A DNA stretch of 64,000 nt, taken from NCBI RefSeq assembly GCF_902713615.1, contig NC_052170.1, positions 4,340,001 to 4,404,000 on the forward strand, read 5' to 3'. Position 1 is the stretch's first letter. Each line of letters begins with the position of its first letter. Origin of the DNA: Scyliorhinus canicula (Eukaryota). Shown here in pieces: positions 54,869 to 64,000 of this stretch. A program made the translations under genes and the position numbers. The notes beneath the pieces were generated by a model. The model had not been told where the DNA came from and searched no databases. It saw nothing but the letters and a program-made list of their open reading frames with translations.

Positions 54869-57800
54869 CTACAGAACAATCCACATGCTACGCCCACTGT
54901 CCGCCAGGCGCTTCAGCGAGCGACCTAGAGAAAAGCCAACATTTATATTAAATCACCATGGTCATAGAGTCATACCATACACAGGAGGCACTTTGGCCCA
55001 CGAGTCTACACTGACAAAACTACACTAAATCCACACTCATCCTATATTCCAGCACTTGTCCCATACACATATTTTTTAAAGGACGTGAGGTATCCCGCCT
55101 CTGCTCCCCTCCCAGGCAGTGGGACCCAGACTCCCATCACCCTCTGGGTGAAAAAATATTTCCTCTAAACCTCCTGCCCCTCATCATAAAATTATGCCCC
55201 ATTCAACTAAGGTGAACAACTGCTTTCTATCCACCCTCTCCATCCCCTTTATAATTTTACACACCTCAATCAGGTTCCCCCTCAGCCTTTTCTATTCTAA
55301 AGAATCAAACCTGAGCCTATCCAGCCTCTCCTCATAGCTCAAATGCTTGTTCCCAGACAACATCCTAGTGAATTGCCGCTGCACCATCTCCAGTGCATCC
55401 TTCCTATAGTGAGGCGACTAGACCTGCAACAGGAGTCCGGCTGTGACCATAACTAAAGTTTTGTACAGCTCCAACATAACCTCCCCGCTCTTATAATCAA
55501 TGCCGTGACTGAGAACGGCAAGTGTGTCCCATATGCCTCGACTACCATATTAACCTGTCCTGACACCTTCAGGGATCTGTGGACAAGCACCCTCTGTTCC
55601 TCCTAGTGTCCTGCCATTCATTGATGCTTCCCTTGTCTTGTTCCTAAGTGCATCACTTTTCAGGGTTGAATCCCATCTGCCACCAATCTGATCCACCCGT
55701 CTACATCTTGCTGCAATCCCGGATTGCTTCTTCCTCATTATTAACCAACCTTCCAATCTTCACGCCATTCCAAACTTAATAATCAGCCCCCCCACATTCT
55801 CAACCATATCAACACACAAACAGCCTTCTACCACCACCCCCTGTCTCCTATCAATAAGCCAGTTTTGAATCCAACTTGCCACGTTGCCCTGGATCCCATG
55901 TGCTTTTACCTTCTTTATCAGTCTCCTATCCTGTTCAACTTGGTTCTAAGGCTGGGATTTCAATACAGAACCTGTCAAATCAAACCTGAAACAATGAGGC
56001 ACGCATTTGCTCACTGACAGCCAGCGAGATTGAAAAACCAGCACAAACAGAATGGTTATGTAATCATTAAGCTTCTGGAAGTGGGTTAACACAGGCCTCT
56101 AACATTCCGAAGTGCCACACGGTCATCCGTCCACAATCCCCGTCCGCTCTGTGGTGCTCGTCTATTGAAGACAGTGAGCATGACACGAATGCAGAAACCT
56201 GAGAAACGTCGGGTGGGGGGCTACTCAAATTCCGCACGTTGCTCGCCAGCTTTCTGCCCAAGGCCAATAACTGAATAAATCTCGTTTATGGGGAGCTGGC
56301 TGAGGAATATCACAATCGAGTGCAGCACAGAGTGACAGAGCTTGGGCGATTTCCCACAGAGGGCTCCTGGTTTCCTGGTGCCACTAGCAGCAGTTACAAG
56401 TGTAGACCAGGTTCTTGTTCAAGGGAGGAGTAAAATGAAAGATACAGGCCCAGGGTTTTCAATTTTAGCTGCAGCTCCCTCACTCCTACGAGAACAGAAG
56501 GTGTTGTAGCACAGTGGGCAGCATCCCCATCTCTGGACCAGAAGCTACGGGTTCAAGTCCAACGCCAGTACTTGTTGGCCACAGAAGGAGCGAGCATAAC
56601 ACGGATCAACGGGATGATTATCAGCTCGGGAATCTTTCCACCAATTCCCCAAAGGGAAAATGGTGTGTGTGGGAAAAGGCTGAGAAAAAAACTCCTACCA
56701 GCACTCCCTCAACTCCTTTGATTTGTCGAATCAGAGAGTGAGGGACAGCATTGCACGTCACATCAGCCAATATCCCACAGGCAGGCAAACTGTGAATCGA
56801 ACTGGCCTCGAGATCTCTGGGACCATGTGTCCAGTGGGTGACACGGGAGAAGGCAGGCTCCAAATGGCCCGAGGTTAGATCGCACGCACCACTGTGCCAC
56901 AATACGTTTACGTGCAGGCTAGGGCCAGTACACCCTCAGGAATTAACGCGCACCTTTATGCAGGGCTTCATTCGTCATCCTGTTGACGTTGCGGAAGGTA
57001 CTTTCAGGAACCAGCCACCTCATTGCAATATCAACACAGCTTTTACGGAAGGTACTCCAAACGCTGCCACTGTAATGGAGGATTTGAGAGAGAGAGAGAG
57101 AGGAACATTAGCCTATTTTCCATTCCTCGTGCAAGATGTTCATGGGACAAACGCACCACTGGACTTACCTTGTTTGTCCCTGTACAGCGGTTAAGTCACC
57201 AACTCCCACAGTTGCAAAGATACCAGTATTTAGGTTCCACGTGCCCTTCAAACATGTATGATAGGTCCTAGGTCTGAAAAATCAATAATAAAGTTAAATA
57301 GTACTTCAGTCTCACACCACAGCTTACTAACACTGGCAGGTTGGTTATCGGGAGCCATGCTCACATCATTAAAGAAGTAGGTGGGCCATTTAGGACTGTG
57401 TGAAGGATAAATTTCTTCACTCAGATGGTGGCGAACAGGTGAATTCTCTACCACAGAACACTGCGGAGGTCGTCACTGAATATATTTATGAAAGAAATAC
57501 ATTTCTAGACACTAGAAGGGGTCAAGAGGCAATGGGGAGAGGATGGGAGTATGGTACTGAGTTAGAGGATCAATCAGTCACACAATGGTGAAGCAAGCTC
57601 GATGGGCTGAACGGCCTACTTCTCTTAGTTGCTATGTTTAGAGACATAGAACATACAGTGCAGAAGGAGGCCATTTGGCCCATCGAGTCTGCACTGACCC
57701 ACTACAGCCCTCACTTCCACCCTATCCCCGTAACCCACGAAGAATCCAGCACGAGTCTTCAGGATACAAAGAAATAACATTTATTTACAATATACAACAA

Positions 57801-60800
57801 CAGCAGCAACTTCCCTTGCAGCTAACTCCTCTCTCTCTGCTGGTTCCAAACTGGCCAGCTTTATTTATGCAGGGAGTCTGCTAATGATTTCTCCGCCCCC
57901 CTCACTGGGGAAGCTCATACTCCCAAAGGATTGTGGGATTGTCATTAGTTCCCAGCCAATGGTAAGCAGGCAGGTTATAACACCCTCCTATCCTTTTTGG
58001 ACACTAAGGGTAATTTATTATGTCCAATCCACCTAACCTGCACATCTCTGGACTGTGGGGGAAACCGGAGCACCCAGAGGAAACGCAGACACAGGAAGAA
58101 CATGCAGACTCTGCATAGACAGTGACCCAGCGGGGAATCGAACCTGGGACCCTGGCGCTGTGAAGCCACAGTGCTAACCACTGTGCTACCGTGCAGCCCT
58201 GGACCTATTGTAGAGTTCTGGAACTCAGTCGCTAATAGGCTGGTGGAATCAGATTGAATAACAACTTTCATAAAGGCAATTGGAGATATGCATCCTCAAA
58301 GGGGACCAAATGACAGGGTTATGGGGAAAGAGCAGAGAGGCAGAACTAATTGGATAGCTCCTTCAAAGAGCCAGCACAGGCAGGATAGGCCAAGTGGCCT
58401 CTTTCTGTGCTGTAAGATTATACTCAATATTCTTTTGAGGCCCAGAGAATGTTTCTGTGGGACTTTCCTTCACTGACGAAATGGAAGCAGTACAGATTGC
58501 ATGGTCTGTGAAAATAGGTCCAAGGGGTCAAATGATCTATTTTTCACTACAGAACTCTCACAGTTCAGAGCCATCAGGTGATTAAATAAATCACAGCATC
58601 TCCATCTATTCTCATTCGCAGAAATAGCTGCGATTTTGCGCAGAAGGTGGGGATTTTCAAACCCGGACTAAACGCGCAGCCTCCTGCCCGGAACCTCCTC
58701 CAATCCAAAACTCTCGAGCTCTCTGCACGCCTCAAGTTCCGGCCTCTTGCCCAACCCCGAATGTTATCACCCCACACCATTGTGGCTGTGCCTTCAGCTG
58801 CCTGGGCCCCACCATCTGAAATCTCTAAACCTCTCCATCTGCGCCCAGACTCTCCTTTAAAATCTACCTCTGATCAAGTTTCAGTCGCCTATTCGAAATC
58901 TTCCATTTGGCTTGGCGTCAAATTTTGTTTGAGGAAGCTTCTGTGATATGTACTCGGGTGTTTTATGGTGTGAAAGGTATTTTGTGAAAGCTGGTTGTGT
59001 TTCCTGCAGTCTGTAGTATTGTGGCAGAGTTTACAATCCGTATGGAGTTCCTATGGTAAACATGTCTGAACTTGAACAATTCCCAACTCTTCCGTTCTTT
59101 GCAGTTTTAACTCATTTTTGTGACTCAGTATTGATCATGTGGAGTAGCTGCAGGGAGCACATCGCAACAAGGCAGCATAAAGGGTAGGGGGGTTATGATG
59201 GGGCTGTATAAAATGCTGGTTAGGCCCCAGCTGGAGTACTGTGTGCAGTTCTGGTCACCACATTATAGGAAGGATGTGATTGCACGAGAAAGGGTGGAGA
59301 TTAACCAGGATGTCGCCTGGGCTGGAGTCTTTCAGCTACAGAGAGAGGCTGGTTATGCTGGGATTGTTTTCCTTACAGCAGAGAAGGCCGAAAGGGGACC
59401 TGATTGAGGTGTACAAAATTATGAGGGACATATATAGGGTGAATAGGAAGAAACACAGTGGTTAGCACTGCTGCCTCACAGCTCCAGGGTCCCGGGTTCA
59501 ATTCTGGCCTCGGGTGACTGTCTGTGCGGAGTCTGCACGTCCTCCCCGTGTGTGCGTGGGTTTCCCCTGGGTGCTCCGGTTTCCTCCCACAGTCCAAAGA
59601 TGTGGTTAGGTGCACTGGCCATGGTAAATGCCCTTAGCGTCCAAAAAGGTTAGGTGGGGTTACTGGGTCTCGGGGATAGGGTGGAGGTGTACGCTTGAGT
59701 AGGGTGCTCTTTCCAAGGACCGGTGCAGACCTGATGGGCTGAATGGCCTCCTTCTGCATTGTAAATTCTATGATACTAGTAGAGATCAAGAACCAGGGGT
59801 CATAGGGGCGGGAGGTTTAGAGGGGATTTGAGGACAAACTTTTCCACCCAGAGGGCGGTGGGAGTCTGGAACTTGCTGCCTGAAAGGGTGGTGGAGGCGG
59901 GAACCCTCACAACATTTAAGAAGCATTTAGATGAGTATACAAGGCTACGAACCAAGTGCTGAAAAATGGGATTAGAATAGATAAGTGCTCGATTGTTGGC
60001 ACAGACACAAAGTGTCACCTCCTGTGCTGTAAAGCTCTATGAATAGTGATAGAGGGAAACAGTATTTGTCTACTCATATACACACACACACGGGTGTACA
60101 TACACATGTGCACACACACGGGTGTACACATACACGGATGTGTACACACGCACACACACAAATATACACATTGTTCCACAACCCCAGTTACACATTTGAG
60201 CGAATAGGCTAAAACATGAGTGACAAAGTGTTTTAAACCCTAGACATGCTTAAAAATGTCTCGGCAAAAGAGGGCAGAATATTTGTGCTCATCAGGGTGT
60301 TTGTACTGGGACACAGAACAATTTCCCATCCCAGCATCAAGAATTCTTGTTACCCCACCTAACCTTTTGGACGCTAAGGGGCAATTTAGCGTGGCCAATC
60401 CACCTAACCATCACATCTTTGGACTGTGGGAGGAACCCGGAGCACCCGGAGGAAACCCACTCAGACACGGGGAGAAAGTGCAAACTGTATGCAATCACCC
60501 GAGGCAGGAATTGAACCTGGGTCCCTGGAGCTGTGAGGCAGCAGTGCTAACCACTGTGCCACCGATGCCAAACTGAGATTTTACCATTGACCACAAACTG
60601 AACTGGGTGGGTTCAGTTCAGTTTGTGGTCAATGGTAACTCCCAGGATGTTTGACAGTGGAGGATTCAGCGATGGTAATGAGATTGAAGGTCATGGGGTA
60701 ATGGTTAGATTCTCTCTTGCTCTACGCCTAGAGGCAAGAACCTCTATCAAATGGACTTAAACTTACCAAATTCATTTCACATTGTATCCCGAGAAGCAAC

Positions 60801-62241
60801 AAGATCAAGAAAACTTACATCTCATCAGTGTGTGCTGGATCTAGATCCTGAAGCTGAAAGGTCAGTGTGCCAACCTACCCATGAAGTCCCTGAATGGAGC
60901 AAATGCCATTATTTGCCAGAGTAGTGAAATGTGTAACTCAGATCAACCTAGTCTACACCATTTCACAGCAGAAGCATTCAGGCTCTGAAGGTTGTTTTTC
61001 CCTTACCTTATTTGTCCTTCTTCATCTGAAGGGTATGCCAAGAGCAGCAGTCCTATGTTCATGATGACATGATTGGTTATCGGGCATACCTTGAAACAGA
61101 AAGAGATCATTATTGACAGTCCCGAAAGCAGAAATGAACTGCACTAAAAGCACAAACTTATAACCAACTTTTCTCACAGGCTTTTGAACAGAAGGTGCCC
61201 AAGGAACAATTGGATACAGAGAATGTGTTAAAAGAGGGTCATGGGTGGCGAGTAGCCAGTCAGTTAGGCCTCGAGATCTCCTGTCCACTCCTAAAAAAAA
61301 AGCTTGCATTCTTTTCTCGAGCACCTGAAGTACCTGGAAATAAATCAGCAGAAACCAGCCACTCACCTCCCATATTGTGGGAGAAAACTGGATGTCATTC
61401 TTGACCACACTCAGACTACTGTTTATGGACAGTTTCAGAGTGGACCAGCAGTGACCCTGCTTGCTGGCCCCTCAGCTGGTCACACGCGCTGAGAGTGGTG
61501 CAGGGAAGCAGCTGGTCACACGCTGGTCATAGGCTAAAACATGAGTGACAAAGTGTTTCAAACCCTAGACATGAGAGTGGTGCAGGGAAGCAGCTGGTCA
61601 CACGCGCTGAGAGTGGTGCAGGGAGGGAAGCAGCTGGTCACACGCGCTCAGAGTGGTGCAGGGAAGAAACCACTGTTTCAAACAAAACAATGAAACTGGA
61701 ACTTGGACAGAAACTTCATTCTAATCATTTCAAACATCTGCTGTAACGGAATGGGGCCTCTAACCAGTGACGCTGCGATCCTCAAAATCCCTCCATCTCA
61801 AATTTACCCAACTTCAGTTTCAGAGAACTGATTTCTCGTCTGGAGACTAATTTATTTTACTGACAATAACTGTGTCCAGCCTCTCATTTCCTCCTCACTG
61901 GGGGTGAATCAAAGCGGCACAGACTGTATCCAGCCTCTCATTTCCTCCTCACTGGGGGTGAATCAAAGCGGCACAGACCGAAGGCCCGCATGATGGGGTC
62001 AATCTACAGTGCTATGACATGAAGAATCACTGTGAAACCGTGTCCTGTCTGTCACTCATCCCACACCAGGGGCTGTCCAAAACACTTTGCCTTCCTGTCT
62101 AAATCCACTCACCTCTAGGATTACAATATCATAGTCACTGAAGGAACAGTATCGCTTCGACCAGGATGCGTCGTTCCGTATGACCTCATTGATGACATAT
62201 TCAAAGTCGAGTGTCAGCTGCTCCACAGTGAGGTACTTGCC
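54869..62241 (-). CDS. DCAF15: DDB1- and CUL4-associated factor 15, last five coding exons (5' part lies beyond the window)
   Basis: Exons 62241-62113 ([43 protein letters not shown]), 61089-61007 ([27 protein letters not shown]), 57273-57169 ([35 protein letters not shown]), 57069-56954 ([34 protein letters not shown]), 54924-54869 ([18 protein letters not shown]). Phases match and the sequence matches the human DCAF15 C-terminus. AATAAA on minus at 53920-53915. Confidence 0.95.
54960..55930 (-). mobile_element. CR1-like LINE fragment in the last DCAF15 intron
   Basis: Recognisable decayed CR1 ORF2/3'UTR on the minus strand. Confidence 0.65.
57738..57982 (-). mobile_element. Probable solo LTR inserted in an HE1-type SINE
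   Basis: Minus strand starts TGTTATAAC, has a TATA-like box and AATAAA, and cleanly interrupts a SINE tail. The terminal CA is not evident. Confidence 0.55.
59150..60040 (+). mobile_element. CR1-like LINE 3' fragment interrupted by an HE1-type SINE (59453-59772)
   Basis: [25 protein letters not shown] and [22 protein letters not shown]. The LINE sequence resumes after the SINE. Confidence 0.8.
61869..61978. repeat. 54-bp tandem duplication
   Basis: ACTGTRTCCAGCCTCTCATTTCCTCCTCACTGGGGGTGAATCAAAGCGGCACAG x2. Confidence 0.9.
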
Positions 62242-63207
62242 CTGGAAATTCACAGTGCAGGAAGTGGGTTGCAGGGAGGCAGAGAAAGACCAGGCACAAG
62301 GTTAAGATTATTTTCCCTCGTGGGAAACGTATCGCAGTGAAAGTATTTAAACCCATCCTCTCCATCTATCTCAGCACAGCAGCCTCGATTGCGCAAGCGG
62401 TTCAGGACACTGGGTACCAGGGCACATGTATGCCAAACGGTGTCAGCTGGAGCTCAGTGGGCAGCCTTCTCACCCCAGTCGGAAAGTTGTGGCGTCAAGT
62501 CTTAGTCAAAAATCCAGGCTGACAATCCCAGTGCAGCATTGACGGAGTGTTAAATACCTATTATCCATTACACACTATACAACTATGCATCGCCATTACT
62601 GGAAATGGAATACAAGGTGCGCAATGTCAGAATGAACATATTTCCCCAATAAATATTCGTGCCAGAGTTCCAATGTAATATTGCGCACAAGTGACCCTCA
62701 GGTTAAATCACCACACACAAACAACGCTCCTTTTAAGGTGCACATGTGATGGCAGTGCATCAACCTGAAACGGACCATGCCGTGCAACAAGCTGGAGTCA
62801 CACAGCAAACAGAAGTCAGGCAAGAGGGAACACTTCCTCGGAGCGCTTGAGAAATATCCCAATCCGCAGCACCTCGATCGACGCAAATTGCAAGATTAAA
62901 AAAAAACAAATCTGGACATTCGAAGATCTAAATGAAAGAGAGAGAATGCTGGAACTCCTGGGGTTGGTCAGTGTTTCTAAAGAGGAAATGCAGCCTGCTT
63001 TGAGCTCGGAGACTCGAGCAGCAACTGGCTCTGAATAAATAGGTCTTATCCACACATCGAAAGAAATCAGCTCTTAGAGGGCACAGTAGCCTATGGTCCT
63101 CTGGGACTGTGGGTCATTAACATTTTTATTTGCTAGGCTTTAAACACAAGCTCAACACATCCCAGTCTGCCCCCAGCTAATTTACAAAGAGAAGAAATGT
63201 AACGTGG

Positions 63208-63375
63208 AGCTCACTGGGCTAAATCGCTGGTTTTTAAAGCAGACCAAGCAGGCCAGCAGCACGGTTCGATTCCCGTACCAGCCTCCCCGGACAGGCGCCG
63301 GAATGTGGTGACTAGGGGCTTTTCACGGTAACTTCATTGAAGCCTACTCGTGACAATAAGCGATTTTCATTTCAT
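63208..63375 (+). mobile_element. Young ~180-bp tRNA-derived SINE (GGGGCTGGTTTAGCTCACTGGGCTAAATCG..GTGACAATAAGCGATTTTCA)
   Basis: Near-identical copies at about 16310-16491, 21967-22153(-), 22677-22857, 36702-36879 (inside the Gypsy LTR) and 43548-43720, with fragments at 6585-6680(-), 26866-26961 and 53136-53228(-). Confidence 0.85.
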
Positions 63376-63471
63376 AACACTTTAAATCAGTAACCAGGGG
63401 ATGGAGTTTCAAACTCTATATTTACAATGAGGTATTGTTGCTAGTTAGAATGTGGTTACTTCAGAGAGCTT

Positions 63472-63693
63472 GGGGACCAGTTTAGCTCAGTCAGCTGGAC
63501 AGCTGGTTTGTGATGCAGAGCGAGGACAGCAGCACGGGTTCAATCCCCGTACCGGCTGAGGTTATTCATGAAGGCCCCACCTTCTCAACCTTGCCCCTCG
63601 CCTAAGGTGTGGTGACCCTCGGGTAAAACCGCCGCTCTCTGTCAAAAGGGAAAAGCAGCCAGTGGTCATCTGGGACTATGGAGACTTTATTTA
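63472..63693 (+). mobile_element. Older tRNA-derived SINE
   Basis: A box TTAGCTCAGTCAG and B box GGTTCAATCCCC with a distinct body. The head also occurs at 26375-26465(-) and body fragments at ~62691 and ~63070. Confidence 0.65.
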
Positions 63694-64000
63694 CGAGATG
63701 AACAAAAGAAATGCTCCATACCTAAACCATCACTCGGATTATTCTTACCAACATCTCTGATAATCTGCAAATACCAGTACTTCACTGGCAGACAATGCAG
63801 TCTGGCAGTCTGGAAACAAATGAGCAAGAATGAAATCTAGAAACTTCCACTGCTGGGCTCTTTTCACATTTCAAAATTGTATATCCCACTGTTACAATCA
63901 CAGTGACAATGTGGCAGGTTGCTACACAGTGCAACCAACGAATCCTCGGGAATAACAGGTCTGTCCCCATCTCAGTCGGCAAGTTGGTTAGGTTACCTGA

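Noticed and set aside
63782-63982. Further upstream DCAF15 exon
   Set aside because: No resemblance to the expected preceding DCAF15 sequence and no convincing donor/acceptor pair.

Overview
Vertebrate nuclear DNA, almost certainly a cartilaginous fish (shark), judging by abundant HE1/V-type and Deu-type SINEs and CR1/HER1-like LINEs. Four spliced protein-coding genes can be rebuilt by hand from GT-AG exons with consistent phases: a complete, divergent SSX2IP/ADIP-like gene (minus, ~1.46-15.6 kb), a complete CLPP (minus, 18.7-28.6 kb), a G-protein gamma subunit of the GNG5/GNG10 group (plus, 40.5-47.3 kb) and the last five coding exons of DCAF15 (minus, 54.9-62.2 kb). Just upstream of the CLPP promoter is an ~8.5-kb block of 17-bp satellite holding a truncated, decayed Gypsy LTR retrotransposon. 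The most unusual observations are: (1) two copies of a U2-snRNA-headed retroposon with a shared derived body, one with a perfect 17-bp target-site duplication; (2) a Gypsy element with no tRNA primer-binding site but an LTR segment complementary to the PBS position (self-priming-like), and a YLDN RT motif; (3) one SINE head/core carrying three different tails, which implies LINE-partner switching; (4) an SSX2IP-like/GNG5-like pair in a CLPP/DCAF15 neighbourhood, probably ohnologs lost in mammals. Most ORF-track entries are spurious. Repeat boundaries are approximate and family names come from recognition, not database searches.
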